Shown: one piece after another, positions 36,161 through 46,706 of the stretch
Position numbering within the stretch: the first letter of the stretch is position 1
Layout of the letters: each line of letters begins with the position of its first letter
Source: Candidatus Omnitrophota bacterium
GTDB taxonomy: Bacteria; Omnitrophota; Gorgyraeia; Zapsychrales; JAHFFX01
Direction of reading: 5' to 3'
Length of the DNA stretch: 64,000 nucleotides
NCBI GenBank assembly: GCA_023247725.1
Contig: JAHFFW010000013.1
Span: forward strand, 1,031-65,030
The notes under the pieces: generated by a model
The model's database searches: none
What the model was told of the DNA's origin: nothing
Seen by the model: the letters and a program-made list of their open reading frames with translations, nothing else
Position numbers and translations under genes: made by a program

Positions 36161-36741
36161 TGACCCTCCTTGGGAGTCGCTGGGGATGTTGCCGCCGTTT
36201 TGGGCAAGGCCCTGAATTTTAAAAAAATCTGACCCAATCGTTTTTCCAAGAATAAGCTCAAATACCCGACGGGAACCCCAATGGCGAAACCCGCCAAAAT
36301 ATCCGAAAAGTAATGCAACCCCATATAAACCCGGGTGAGGCCAATGAGGAGGGCCATAAAATAAAAAACGAAACGAAACTGCGCGTAGTGATAGCTCAAA
36401 ATAACGGCGTAAGCCATGGCGATGAGCGCGTGTCCCGACGGGAAGGAAGGATTATTTTGAAAATCCAAGGCCTGGACCCACTCGAGCGTCAATAGGGGCC
36501 GAGGGCGATGAAACCAGAGCTTGAGGCTCATGGTCACCGCATCCGCCAAAGCCCAAGCAATAACAAAGACAATGACGGAGAAGCGCACCTTGCGTTCTTT
36601 GATAAAAAAAATTCCCACAAATACAAGAATGACGACAATCCAAAAGGACAAATCCGTCGCCTGCAAAACAAAGGCATCGAGGAAATCGCTGCGCAACGTC
36701 CGGTTAAAAAAGTACAAAATTCTTTCATCCAGATGATTCAT
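36157..36741 (-). CDS. PAP2-family membrane phosphatase
   Basis: KLWFHRPRP, SFPSGH, TRVYMGLHYFSD motifs. Confidence 0.93.
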   Translation of the reverse strand: MNHLDERILYFFNRTLRSDFLDAFVLQATDLSFWIVVILVFVGIFFIKERKVRFSVIVFVIAWALADAVTMSLKLWFHRPRPLLTLEWVQALDFQNNPSFPSGHALIAMAYAVILSYHYAQFRFVFYFMALLIGLTRVYMGLHYFSDILAGFAIGVPVGYLSLFLEKRLGQIFLKFRALPKTAATSPATPKEGH

Positions 36742-36824
36742 GGAATGTCAAAAAAATTTCCCGTTTGTACCAAATCAAGGCACGCAGCATCGTTTTCTCC
36801 TACTCAATTATTCCCTGATCTCCA

Positions 36825-37517
36825 CTACTTGATCACTTCCCCTTTCAAAATTTCCGGGATGGGCGAAGCATCAATCCTGATCCCACCGTCATGCTCGATC
36901 TTGAGCGTATACACCATGCCGGGAATAAACCGGGTGCCCGGCGCTTCAATCTGGGCGTTCTTGACTCCCTGCTTGCGGGCATATTTCGGATCAAGGGCCA
37001 GCCTCCAAAAATTTTGCCAGAACTCTTTTTCAAATGCCGTCGGGGCGTCTCCAATTTTATAACCTTCGGGGATTTCCTCGAAACGATTGATGTCGAATTC
37101 CTCCGTGTTGGGACCATCGAGGACAAAGGCCTTCCAAAAGACATACGCGCTTTTGCCTTTGAGCCGATCCCCGTAACGGATGTATTGATCCGCAAAGCGA
37201 ACGACCAGCGATTGAAATTGGATAAGGTTCCCATGGAAGCGGAAAATCTTTGGCGTTAACGCCTGGCCTTGCCCATCATATTCCAAAAATTTCAAGGTCG
37301 TTATTTCCCCGGAGGACTCCGGATCTTTGGCGACATCCGTGACGATCGCCTCGGCGATGCGGGATTCTCCCTCCAAGCGGGCGATGATTTCTTTGAGGAT
37401 TTTCTTTTCTAAAACCCAATGTCCGTAAAATCGGTACGCCTGAAATCCCGCGAAGGCCACAGCGCCCAGGACCAGCAAAGAAAAAATACTAAACGGACGA
37501 ATTCTCGCCATTGTCAT
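36825..37517 (-). CDS. hypothetical membrane-anchored protein
   Basis: N-terminal TM plus globular domain; GGAG RBS. Confidence 0.7.
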   Translation of the reverse strand: MTMARIRPFSIFSLLVLGAVAFAGFQAYRFYGHWVLEKKILKEIIARLEGESRIAEAIVTDVAKDPESSGEITTLKFLEYDGQGQALTPKIFRFHGNLIQFQSLVVRFADQYIRYGDRLKGKSAYVFWKAFVLDGPNTEEFDINRFEEIPEGYKIGDAPTAFEKEFWQNFWRLALDPKYARKQGVKNAQIEAPGTRFIPGMVYTLKIEHDGGIRIDASPIPEILKGEVIK

Positions 37518-37529
37518 CTCCCCATCCCT

Positions 37530-37682
37530 TTAAAATACGCCCGGCGGCGGCATGGGCACATGCTTGATCAAATTGAAGGCTGAAGCAGCCAACTGAAAAG
37601 GCAAGGTGAGAAGCGAACAGCCGGTTGACAGCATGAGCCCAATGACAACCACGACCGCCCAGATAATTTTTCGGTGAGGCAA
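37530..37682 (-). CDS. 50-aa putative lipoprotein (below the ORF-track cutoff)
   Basis: TTG start after AAGGGG; MPHRKIIWAVVVVIGLMLSTGCSLLTLPFQLAASAFNLIKHVPMPPPGVF, lipobox-like STGC. Confidence 0.6.
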   Translation of the reverse strand: MPHRKIIWAVVVVIGLMLSTGCSLLTLPFQLAASAFNLIKHVPMPPPGVF

Positions 37683-37771
37683 GTGAACCCCTTTCTTTTT
37701 AAAAATCCTTCTTCCTTTGAGATTTTATCTTTCGCTTAATTTGTGAATAGTCGAAGGGTTGATTAGTTGAT

Positions 37772-39847
37772 TCATTCGGTTTTGATATACATCATCGACT
37801 CCAGGGCATCCTCTCCCACAAAGCGCATCCAGGAACCAATCGTCGGGAATGTCCGCAGCGCTTCCAGAAACGGAAAGACCGCTTCATCGAATAAGGTTCG
37901 GCCCATCGCCGGATCCGGGGCCGGCTTAGTTTGTCCCATTTGGGCAATCATGTCTTCCATATCCTTCTTCTGTTCTTGGGCCAGATTGATCGCTTGTTCT
38001 TTGGCCTTGATTTGCAACTGCAGATCGGATTTTTGGGTCAATAGGTCCGTCGTGTCCTGGGCCTGGGCATTGGCTTCGTCAATTTGGTGTTCGAGGGATT
38101 GCATTTTTTCCTGCATGAGGTTGAGTTCGGAATTCTTTTGTTCAATGTCCTTGGTGATGTCTTCGCGGCGCTTCTTGCTGCCTTCGAGAAAGGCGCTCTG
38201 CTGGGAGACCTGATCCTGCATGAAACGCCAGCCCCATTCGGCGATCTCGCGGATCTTCACCACCAATTCGTCGAGCCGCATAAAGAACACGGAATTATTC
38301 GCCTCCGTCAAGCCAAAATTGATCGCTTTGAAATATTCGCTTTTGGCCAGAGACAGACCGGAATCCTTGGAGGTGTCGACGCATCGCTTTAAGAGATCCC
38401 GGTGGCTCGCCAGGACAAGATAATCGCCGAGATAACAATAGCCTGGTTCCATTTTGATGTTCATGGGCATGGCCATGTATTGGATCGTGGTGTTGCCATA
38501 ATCCTCATGTTGAAGCACTATATAGGGCTGAGTGCTGAGCGTCCCCAAAACTTTATCCATGGAGGCTTTATTAGCGACCTTCACAAAAAGGACAAATTGA
38601 GGGAGCGGGTATTTATCGGAGGTATCGATATTCGCCAAAAATCCTCCCGCTTCGTCGCCAAAGGCCGGAATGAGATCATGCTCGATACTGAGTTTCAGCA
38701 TATTTTCCAGGCCTTGAATCATGGCCTCGGGTGAGGGAGCAGCCTGCTCATGGGGGCTCGCGGCCGCAGACTGCCCCATCTCTTCTTTGACTCTGGCCCA
38801 GTAACTGGCTGCGTCCAGGCAACCGTTCCACTGATACCAGATAATTCCCTGGGGAACAAAATCGAGCGATCCATTGGCCTTTGGTTTGCACTCATAGAAT
38901 TTCCGTGTCGTCGCGTTCATTTTTTCTTTGTCAAACTGCAGAACCATTTTTTGCCGAATAATATCCTCATAGCTAGCCGAAAGACTCACGAATTTGAATC
39001 CAGCCAAACTGTTCCATACCTGGTCCGTCTGCTTTCGGGACATATCCCTGACCTGCGCAGGTTCTGCGGCAATCAACTTTTCCACGGACCCTTTGAACAT
39101 ATTGACGATCATCTCCAGGTTGAAGAAGCCAGTTTTATCCGCCTTATTCAAAAATTGCTTACTGACTTTTTGGAACGCCTCCTCCTGCGCCAGCGGGGAC
39201 TTTTCTTTATTGAAAACATCGATGGCCGCCTGCGCCGCTTTGGGGGTAAAACCAATGACCAAAAGATCTTTGATGATCGTGTAGGCCAAACTTCCCCCGA
39301 TTTCGGGAATCTCGACGACATAAATCTTATGCCGCTTGTAGTCCTGGGCCTGAATCTGGGTATCCTTACGGAACTTGCTCAACAATCCATTCAAGAATTC
39401 CGCAACCTTCACATCGGTTCTTAAACGGGTGATCAAAAAAATATTGGAGGCCGCCTCCTTGATCGTTTCCAATCCCATGGTGCTGATCTGTGTCGGATAA
39501 ACCGCGAAGACGATTTCCTGCCCAAACAATTGCTTAAACTCTTCACTGTTCAAAAATTCGCTGATTTGGGAGTGGAAGGATTGGAACATCTCAATTTGCG
39601 GATCCGGAACCTGGGTTTTTTTCATGACCTTGGCCAGATCAATCGTTTTCGCCTTTTGCCAGAACGACGAATTTTTAAATTTCTCTAGATTTTTCTCCAC
39701 ATCGACATAGCGGCTGTAGACCAATGCCCCCTGCGGCAAGATATCCGCCGCCGTCAATTGAACGGCCTGCGTTTGAAAGTAAAAAACACCGGCGGCCACG
39801 GCTGCCAGAATGATCACTCCTATCACTAAGCCTGCGGATTTTTTCAT
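37772..39847 (-). CDS. DUF3352-like membrane-anchored protein with coiled-coil insert
   Basis: N-terminal anchor, repeated alpha/beta units (YTIIKDLLVIG, YCYLGDYLVLAS), long coiled coil. Confidence 0.65.
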   Translation of the reverse strand: MKKSAGLVIGVIILAAVAAGVFYFQTQAVQLTAADILPQGALVYSRYVDVEKNLEKFKNSSFWQKAKTIDLAKVMKKTQVPDPQIEMFQSFHSQISEFLNSEEFKQLFGQEIVFAVYPTQISTMGLETIKEAASNIFLITRLRTDVKVAEFLNGLLSKFRKDTQIQAQDYKRHKIYVVEIPEIGGSLAYTIIKDLLVIGFTPKAAQAAIDVFNKEKSPLAQEEAFQKVSKQFLNKADKTGFFNLEMIVNMFKGSVEKLIAAEPAQVRDMSRKQTDQVWNSLAGFKFVSLSASYEDIIRQKMVLQFDKEKMNATTRKFYECKPKANGSLDFVPQGIIWYQWNGCLDAASYWARVKEEMGQSAAASPHEQAAPSPEAMIQGLENMLKLSIEHDLIPAFGDEAGGFLANIDTSDKYPLPQFVLFVKVANKASMDKVLGTLSTQPYIVLQHEDYGNTTIQYMAMPMNIKMEPGYCYLGDYLVLASHRDLLKRCVDTSKDSGLSLAKSEYFKAINFGLTEANNSVFFMRLDELVVKIREIAEWGWRFMQDQVSQQSAFLEGSKKRREDITKDIEQKNSELNLMQEKMQSLEHQIDEANAQAQDTTDLLTQKSDLQLQIKAKEQAINLAQEQKKDMEDMIAQMGQTKPAPDPAMGRTLFDEAVFPFLEALRTFPTIGSWMRFVGEDALESMMYIKTE

Positions 39848-39956
39848 GACGAACTCCTCTTTCTTTGAACGCTGTTTAACTGGATTGCATCAAAACCATT
39901 AGCCAAAATGAGCGGCTGCCTTTGGGCAACCCCTGGCGGCCATTTTCCGACGAGCT

Positions 39957-40490
39957 TTATTGTGTTATCCCGTAGCACCCATCGCAGCGGGAAAAATCAA
40001 AATCCTCCTGCGATTGAAACGGCGGCCTCCATCCGTTATTCAAATGGACTTGAACCGTGTCCATGTCTTTCGTCCAAATCGAGTCCTGTTTTTCCAAATA
40101 GGCAAGATCCTCATCGCTGCAGTCCAGTTTTTTAACCGAGGGACAACCCTCCGACATATAAATATCATCGGCCTTATTTCCCGCCCCATAGGCATAAACG
40201 AGGTATTCTTCGCCGACCTGGAATTCATAACCGCAGACCGCGGCCATGGATCCAACCGCGACGGTACTAAGCACCAGCTTTTCGGATGTCGAACCTTTAT
40301 AAGATCGAAGGACCTGGAATTCCACATTGGCTTCCGCTTCTAACCGTTCGATCCCCATGACCTTTCCGACGAAGACCACCCGAGAACGGCGAAACTTTTC
40401 CTTGACCCTGGCAAAATCTCCCTCGCATTCACAAGCGAAAACTTGATGGATGAAACCCATCAGTGTGAACGCCACAAGGATGCCTTTCAT
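39957..40490 (-). CDS. secreted TIMP/NTR-like domain protein
   Basis: Signal peptide then ACECE, VFVGKV, CGYEFQVGEEYLVYA. Confidence 0.65.
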   Translation of the reverse strand: MKGILVAFTLMGFIHQVFACECEGDFARVKEKFRRSRVVFVGKVMGIERLEAEANVEFQVLRSYKGSTSEKLVLSTVAVGSMAAVCGYEFQVGEEYLVYAYGAGNKADDIYMSEGCPSVKKLDCSDEDLAYLEKQDSIWTKDMDTVQVHLNNGWRPPFQSQEDFDFSRCDGCYGITQ

Positions 40491-40506
40491 TGGAACAAAA
40501 AAGTGA

Positions 40507-41273
40507 TTAGATTCCGAAAAAATTTTTCGCATTGTGGTTAACGATCTCCAAAACTTCCGACTCATGGAAATTTTTTAATTGCGCATAGGCCTTAAGAGTT
40601 CTAAAAACATCCTTCGGTGTCGCCTGGAATCCCATCCCATCGTTTTCTTGATAAAAAACCGGGCTGTCGGTTTCAATGAGAAGCCGTTCGATCGGTGCCT
40701 GCGCAATGGCTTGCCGGGATTGCGGACTGTACGCCAGACTGGGTGTGGTTGAAACAAAGTATCCGGCGGCGATGATTTCGCTTAGCACATCAACGGGTCC
40801 ACTATACCAATGAAAAACGGCCTTTTGAATGCCGGCGGCCTGGTCAATTCCAGACAATCGCGCCACGCCCCCCGGCTATGAATAACGACGGGCAAATCAA
40901 ATTCTTTGGCCATTTGTAATTGCCGATGGAAGATTTCTCTCTGTTCTTCCTTTTTAGCTGGATCCTTTTTGACCCATTTGTACCAATAATCCAATCCGGT
41001 TTCTCCAATTGCAACCGCCTCTTTCCTATGCTCTCGAATCAACTGGAATGTGACCTCGATCTGTGCCGGATCAATGTTGCCGGGATGAATTCCTAGCGCC
41101 GGATGAATCCGCGGCTGGGAAATGGTTTTGGCCAGTTCCAAATTTCTTTGACATGCCTGCAAATCCACGCTGACCGCAATGATATCCGTCACGCCCGTCG
41201 CCGCGGCTTCGGCTAGAACCGCTTCCACATTTTCTAAATGATCTAAATGAGCGTGAGTGTCGATGATTTGCAT
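40507..41273 (-). pseudogene. tatD: TatD-family DNase split by a 1-nt frameshift (real or sequencing error)
   Basis: DTHAHLD..GETGLDY..HSRGA in one frame; VFHWYSG..LLIETDSP in another; switch near 40841. Confidence 0.85.
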
Positions 41274-41275
41274 CG

Positions 41276-41331
41276 TTGTGGCTCGTGACTTGTGGCCCGT
41301 GGCTCGTCACAGGTCACAGGCAACGAGCCAC
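41276..41331. repeat. 7-nt inverted tandem array (YYGTGRC)
   Basis: TTGTGGC TCGTGAC TTGTGGC CCGTGGC / GTCACAG GTCACAG GCAACGA GCCAC fills the whole dtd-tatD spacer. Confidence 0.8.
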
Positions 41332-41772
41332 CTACTTGGTTTCTATAACAAATGTCACCGGCCCGTCATTGATCAACTCAACGTCCATCATAGCCCGAAA
41401 GCGGCCGGTTTCGACTTTGAAGCCTTTCTTTTTTAGCTCTTCGACAAAAAGATTGTAATATTCTTCCCCTTTGAGGGGATCGGCCGCCTCATCGAAGGAA
41501 GGGCGGCGGCCCTGGGAGCAATCCCCCAAAAGCGTGAATTGCGATACGACCAAAAATTCCCCGCCCGCTTCTCGAATAGGCACATTCATTTTGCCTTCGT
41601 GATCCGCAAAGATCCTTAACTCGGCCACTTTGTCAACGATAAAATTGATATTGGCGATCGTATCCTTTTTAGCGACTCCTAAAAAAATCAAAAGCCCTTT
41701 GCGAATAGCCCCGACCGTTCCTCCCGAGACTCGCACACTCGCTTGTTTGACACGTTGGATGACGATGCGCAT
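41332..41772 (-). CDS. dtd: D-aminoacyl-tRNA deacylase
   Basis: MRIVIQRV, VSQFTL, GRRPSF, NDGPVT. Confidence 0.97.
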   Translation of the reverse strand: MRIVIQRVKQASVRVSGGTVGAIRKGLLIFLGVAKKDTIANINFIVDKVAELRIFADHEGKMNVPIREAGGEFLVVSQFTLLGDCSQGRRPSFDEAADPLKGEEYYNLFVEELKKKGFKVETGRFRAMMDVELINDGPVTFVIETK

Positions 41773-41781
41773 AAGGCTTCT

Positions 41782-42711
41782 CTATTTCTCCGCGACATCA
41801 TACGCCGCTTCGACGGTCTTCACCAAATTCACCAAGGCCTCATTGATCGGCGTCGGGATTCCATAGCTTTTGCCCTGCCGGACAATCACCCCATTCACAA
41901 AATCAATCTCGGTTTTTTTCTGGGCAAGGACATCCTGCAGCATGGAAGAAAGATTCGCCGCCGTCGCTTCGCAAACAGCTTCCACTTTCGCCAAAGGATC
42001 TTCATAAACGAGCTTGGCCTTTCCCCGCTTGGCCACTTTCACGGCTTCGGTCACGGCACCGCGGATGATTTGCGCACAACTTTCAAAGGGCATGAGTTGC
42101 CCATTTTTGAGTCGAGTGAGCGCACTGACCGGATTAATCCCACAACTGATAATGAGCCTGGACCACAGGACGCCTTTGATATTGCGAGAGATTCTGGTCT
42201 CGATATTGCTTTCATTGAAGATTTCGCGGATCTGCCGGCAGCGGACCGGAATGAACCCCTCCAGATTGCCGATCGTGGTCACGCCGGTTCCGGTATGCTG
42301 GATCAAGGCATCCTCGACGAGAAAAACCCCTTGTTCGGTGACACCGACCAACAAATTTTGGGGATCCACGACTTCGCTGATCGTTTCCACGTGGCCAAGG
42401 CCATCTTGAAGAGTTAAAAGGATCGTATCTTTTTTGATGAGTTCGCGGGCGTGCAAGATCGCTGCCTTGGTGTCGTAGGCCTTCACGCATAGGACGATCA
42501 CATCGGCTTCGCCGATATCGGAAGGTTTGGCAGTGACTGGGACTTTGGCCTGCCATTTGCCGGAGACGCCCTGACAGGAAATGCCTTGTTTATTGACAAT
42601 GCGTTCGGCCCTTTTGGGATCATGGTCGAGCAGCCACACCTCGGCGTGTTTCGATAAAAGCCCGGCGAACAAACAGCCAAGGGCCCCTGGACCGACGATC
42701 ACAGTACGCAT
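41782..42711 (-). CDS. panE: 2-dehydropantoate 2-reductase
   Basis: VGPGALG, VKAYD, SSMLQD..TEIDFVNG; start set at ATG 42711. Confidence 0.9.
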   Translation of the reverse strand: MRTVIVGPGALGCLFAGLLSKHAEVWLLDHDPKRAERIVNKQGISCQGVSGKWQAKVPVTAKPSDIGEADVIVLCVKAYDTKAAILHARELIKKDTILLTLQDGLGHVETISEVVDPQNLLVGVTEQGVFLVEDALIQHTGTGVTTIGNLEGFIPVRCRQIREIFNESNIETRISRNIKGVLWSRLIISCGINPVSALTRLKNGQLMPFESCAQIIRGAVTEAVKVAKRGKAKLVYEDPLAKVEAVCEATAANLSSMLQDVLAQKKTEIDFVNGVIVRQGKSYGIPTPINEALVNLVKTVEAAYDVAEK

Positions 42712-42769
42712 TGGCGCCTTACCTGTTATTAATAATTCTATGAGAACCTGTCTCCTCAATAGGCGCTTG

Positions 42770-42853
42770 GTCATTGCGATGGAGCCGAAGGCGACCAAAG
42801 CAATCGCATCCGCCGATGTTTGCGATTGCTTCGCCCTTCGGGTTCGCAATGAC
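42770..42853. repeat. REP-type inverted doublet (GTCATTGCGA...TCGCAATGAC)
   Basis: GTCATTGCGA..AAGCAATCGCA / TGCGATTGCTTCG..TCGCAATGAC. Confidence 0.8.
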
Positions 42854-42910
42854 GGCAAAAATGGTATTGATGAGATGGGTTCTATTTAAAAAGGTTTGCA
42901 ATGTAGGGTC

Positions 42911-42939
42911 ATTATAAATTTCCCCTGGACGGGGGTCAA
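42911..42939 (-). promoter_or_regulatory. sigma70 promoter for panE-dtd-tatD
   Basis: TTGACC-N17-TATAAT on the minus strand. Confidence 0.7.
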
Positions 42940-43067
42940 GGAGAAATCCAGTAATATTCCGGCGGAAAGAACGAGAATAAAGATTTAGGCCCAACTGTTT
43001 CTGAATTTATTTCTTGATTCATAAAATCCCGCTATGGTATTCTGCAACAATCAATTATAATTCATTC

Positions 43068-45278
43068 ATGAAACTCGAATCTGTCCTCAAAGAATACCAT
43101 TTTCCCGAGGAAGTCTCTTCCATTTTGGCAGCGACGGGAATTAAAGACCTTTATCCCCCGCAGGCCGAAGCCATTCAAAAAGGGCTCTTAGAGGGTGACA
43201 ATGTTCTGATGGCCGTGCCAACGGCGGCGGGAAAAACCCTTATGGCGGAGTTATGCATGCTCAAAAGCGTCCTGCACAAGGCCGGACGCTGCCTGTACAT
43301 TGCGCCATTAAAGGCACTCGCCAGCGAAAAGTATGAAGATTTTAAAAAAAAATACGATTCTTTTGGGATTAAAATTGGCATTGCGACCGGCGATCTCGAT
43401 AGTCCCAACAAATTCCTCAATCGCTACCAAATCCTCATTGCCACGGCGGAAAAAGTGGATTCCCTCTTGCGCTCGCGGGCCAAATGGCTTCTGGATTCCC
43501 TTTCCGTGGTGGTTCTCGATGAAATCCATTTTATCAATGACGAAGAACGCGGACCCACGCTCGAAATCCTAACCGCCCGGCTCAAACAGCTCAATCCCAA
43601 ATTACAGATCCTCGCCTTGAGCGCCACGATCAGCAATGCCAAAGAAATGGCGGGTTGGCTCAACGCAAATCTCATCACCAGCGAGTGGCGTCCCATTCCT
43701 TTGAAAGAAGGCGTCTATTTTGACGAAAAGATCACCTTCAATCACGACGGGATCAAACTCATCCGCGAAGATCCTCCCGATGAAATCAGCAAACTGGCCT
43801 CCGATACCCTAAAAGGCAAAGGCCAGGTGCTCATCTTTGTCAACAGCCGGCGTTCCGCCCAGGCGGCGAGCAAACAGGTTTCCGATTCGGTAGGGAGATT
43901 ATTGAATGAGGACGAACGCCGTCAGCTGACGGTCATTGCGAAAGACATCCTGGGTGCGACTGGCGATGCCACGAAGGTCTGCCGCAAATTGGCCGAGGTC
44001 GTTGTCTCTGGGGCCGCCTTTCACCATGCCGGACTCAAACCCCGCCAGCGGAAACTCGTCGAAGACAATTTTAAAAAAAATTTGATCAAGGTGATTTGCT
44101 CGACTCCGACGTTAGCAGCCGGCGTGAACCTCCCAGCCCGACGGGCCATCATCCGCGATTGTAAACGATTCGAAAGCGGTTTGGGGAGCGCCTACATTCC
44201 CACCTCCGAATACAAACAATGCGCCGGCCGCGCCGGACGGCCACAGTATGACGAATACGGCGAGGCTGTCCTCATCGCGAAATCCTTCTCGGAATCCAAT
44301 CTCCTTTTTGACCGCTACATCAATGCGACTCCGGAACCGATTGTTTCCAAGCTGGCCAACGAGTCTGCCCTGCGGATCCATATCCTCGCGTCCTTGGCCG
44401 GAGGATTTGTCCATGATGTCAATGGCATGTTCGATTTTATCTCCCATACCTTTCTGGCGTACCAAAAACAAACTTACAATTTGATCGAAGTCATCGGCGA
44501 CATCTTTGACTTTCTAAACCGCGAGGGATTCATCGAAAAACATGGCTTCTCTTATTCCGCCACAAGCCTGGGGGCTCTCACCTCCCGGCTTTACATCGAT
44601 CCTTTGACCGCCATGATTCTTCGGGAAGGACTAAAAAAAATGGATCTGGGAAAGTCGTTTTCCAATATCGGACTCCTGCATTTAATGACCTGCTGCCCCG
44701 ACAGCGAGCTTCTCAATGTGGGTCGAGCGGATCACGAGGAGCTCGAGGTTTTCTTATCCAGTTGTCAGGATGAACTCATTTTTAAGGAAGGCGAAACCCC
44801 GATCCTCGAAGACCTTTATGGATTTATGTCGACGCTGAAGACAACTTGGATGCTGTTGCGTTGGATCGAGGAAGAAAAGGAAGAACTCATCTGTGATTAT
44901 TTTGGAATTGGACCGGGGGATATTTACCGTCACATTGAAGCCAGCCAATGGCTCTTACATGCGGCGGTTTTGATGGCTGAGCTTTTGCGGTTTAAGAAAC
45001 TGACCTTTGTCCTCGACGATCTTCAAGAAAGGGTGCATTACGGAATCAAAGAGGAACTCCTCGAATTATGCCGGCTCAAAGGTGTGGGCCGCGTCCGGGC
45101 CCGGAATCTATTCCGCAAGGGTTTTCGCAAAATTGCGGACTTAAAATTTGCTACCGCTGAGGATTTGACCAAGATCCCGGCGATCGGCAAGGCCTTGGCT
45201 GCGGACATCCTCGATCAAGTCAGCGGCCGCCGCAAAAAAGCGCGCCTGCAGGAAGAGATTAAGGAAGCGGTGGAGTAG
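43068..45278 (+). CDS. Ski2-like SF2 DNA helicase, archaeal Hel308 type
   Basis: [71 protein letters not shown]-terminal HhH. Confidence 0.9.
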   Translation: MKLESVLKEYHFPEEVSSILAATGIKDLYPPQAEAIQKGLLEGDNVLMAVPTAAGKTLMAELCMLKSVLHKAGRCLYIAPLKALASEKYEDFKKKYDSFGIKIGIATGDLDSPNKFLNRYQILIATAEKVDSLLRSRAKWLLDSLSVVVLDEIHFINDEERGPTLEILTARLKQLNPKLQILALSATISNAKEMAGWLNANLITSEWRPIPLKEGVYFDEKITFNHDGIKLIREDPPDEISKLASDTLKGKGQVLIFVNSRRSAQAASKQVSDSVGRLLNEDERRQLTVIAKDILGATGDATKVCRKLAEVVVSGAAFHHAGLKPRQRKLVEDNFKKNLIKVICSTPTLAAGVNLPARRAIIRDCKRFESGLGSAYIPTSEYKQCAGRAGRPQYDEYGEAVLIAKSFSESNLLFDRYINATPEPIVSKLANESALRIHILASLAGGFVHDVNGMFDFISHTFLAYQKQTYNLIEVIGDIFDFLNREGFIEKHGFSYSATSLGALTSRLYIDPLTAMILREGLKKMDLGKSFSNIGLLHLMTCCPDSELLNVGRADHEELEVFLSSCQDELIFKEGETPILEDLYGFMSTLKTTWMLLRWIEEEKEELICDYFGIGPGDIYRHIEASQWLLHAAVLMAELLRFKKLTFVLDDLQERVHYGIKEELLELCRLKGVGRVRARNLFRKGFRKIADLKFATAEDLTKIPAIGKALAADILDQVSGRRKKARLQEEIKEAVE

Positions 45279-45335
45279 ACGGAGAACATTAATAATACAT
45301 TGTCAGACTCATTGCGCTCGAGCTCTTCCGAGATT

Positions 45336-45432
45336 TTATTCATAGTGCGTCCACATCCGAAGGACTTTCACAGTTCTGGCACTTCCCGGAATTTGATAAA
45401 CCAGCCGGTGATGTATGCTTCCAGTTTACCAC
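45336..45432 (-). pseudogene. yoeB: internally deleted Txe/YoeB toxin remnant
   Basis: GTG-VNWK start joined out of frame to IHHRLVYQ...TVKVLRMWTHYE*, the YoeB C-terminus. Confidence 0.8.
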
Positions 45433-45668
45433 TGGAGGGTTTTGCTGCACTGTGACACGGGGATTTTAAGACCTTTCTGGATAGATTTGCGCATTCCGGG
45501 GATGGCTAACAGATACAGGGTCTCTTGGATGGCGCGCCAATCTTCGGCGGAAACAAGGACGGCGTCGTTGCGCTTTCCCGTGATCTGGATGGGCTGATGG
45601 GAGTCAGCGGTCTTATCCAACAATTGATAGAGTTGAGTTCTGGCCTGACTTGCGGTGATCGTAACCAT
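45426..45668 (-). CDS. yefM: Phd/YefM antitoxin
   Basis: ITASQARTQLYQLLD..SHQPIQITGKRNDAVLVSAEDWRAIQETLYL; GGAGG RBS. Confidence 0.9.
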   Translation of the reverse strand: MVTITASQARTQLYQLLDKTADSHQPIQITGKRNDAVLVSAEDWRAIQETLYLLAIPGMRKSIQKGLKIPVSQCSKTLQW

Positions 45669-45740
45669 TATTGAACCTCCGCCACAAACGGACCATATCA
45701 CATACGCCTGTCAATCGTTCTTTTCAGCATAGAGATGGCA

Positions 45741-45962
45741 TCAATCACAATTCCCAAAGCAGAAGCCCCTTTTTGGGAAGAGGGATGAAACAAATTTTTG
45801 AAGTCTCCCAAAACTCAGTTGGAACACCTCCCTTTGGCTGGGACGGAACTCCAACTTTGACGGACTAGGGCTATGAATGTTCGGTAGGGAGAATTTATTT
45901 TCAAAACTTAACATGAAGGCCACAACAGCAATTAAAGCCAGCCAAATAATTTTTGTTTTCAT
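45741..45962 (-). CDS. small hypothetical protein
   Basis: Signal-like N-terminus directly after recO; C-terminus unconvincing. Confidence 0.35.
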   Translation of the reverse strand: MKTKIIWLALIAVVAFMLSFENKFSLPNIHSPSPSKLEFRPSQREVFQLSFGRLQKFVSSLFPKRGFCFGNCD

Positions 45963-45971
45963 GAGTTTCTC

Positions 45972-46706
45972 TTACGATAGAAATTTTTCCGATTTTAACC
46001 GCCGCTCCAAATGAAACACCAGAAAGTTATTCAAAATAAACTTCAGCTCCTTGCGGATTCCTTCTCCCAATCCCAGACATAAACATTTAGTCCAATCATT
46101 CCGCTCGATAAACAGTAACGACGCCACCGTGCCCTGAGAAACCAGACTGGTCGTTTCATCCTGAACCGGACAAGTCAGACAAATGAGCCCGCCGGACTTG
46201 GAACTGAATCGGGCCCTTGTCGTTATTTTTTTTCCGCAGACAAGGCAGGAATCCAGATGCGGTTTAAAACCCGAAAGTAAAAGGATTTTGATCTGAAAAA
46301 TGTGCACCAGCTTGCTGATATCGGGGGCTGTTTCCAACCCCGTCAAAAAGTTCACCATCAATTCGTAAACCTCCGGATGACTCTCCTCCATCGGCATCAT
46401 GGCATCCACCAATTCCAATATATAAGTCGTGGCTAGCGTCTTTTTGAGATCCTGACGGATCGGAAAAAAGAATGCCTTTAAATCGCATTGGCTCACCAGA
46501 TGGATTTCAGAAGAGCGGGATTGATAATACACCACATCATTCACCGAAAATTTGTCAAGGTTGCTTCCGAATTTCCGGTGATCTTTACGGATTCCTTTCA
46601 GAATCCCTTTGATTTTTCCCCGATCGCGCGTAAAAAAGGTGGCGATCCGGCTGGTTTCGCGAAAGTCAAAGGATTTCAAAACAATGCCCTGGGTGTGGAT
46701 GATCAT
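45972..46706 (-). CDS. recO: DNA repair protein RecO
   Basis: GIVLKSFDFRETSRI..FTRDRGKI, CxxC..CxxC zinc site. Confidence 0.93.
   Translation of the reverse strand: MIIHTQGIVLKSFDFRETSRIATFFTRDRGKIKGILKGIRKDHRKFGSNLDKFSVNDVVYYQSRSSEIHLVSQCDLKAFFFPIRQDLKKTLATTYILELVDAMMPMEESHPEVYELMVNFLTGLETAPDISKLVHIFQIKILLLSGFKPHLDSCLVCGKKITTRARFSSKSGGLICLTCPVQDETTSLVSQGTVASLLFIERNDWTKCLCLGLGEGIRKELKFILNNFLVFHLERRLKSEKFLS

Noticed and set aside
42712-42858. N-terminal extension of PanE
   Set aside because: It is a translation of the REP doublet; the Rossmann motif starts right after ATG 42711
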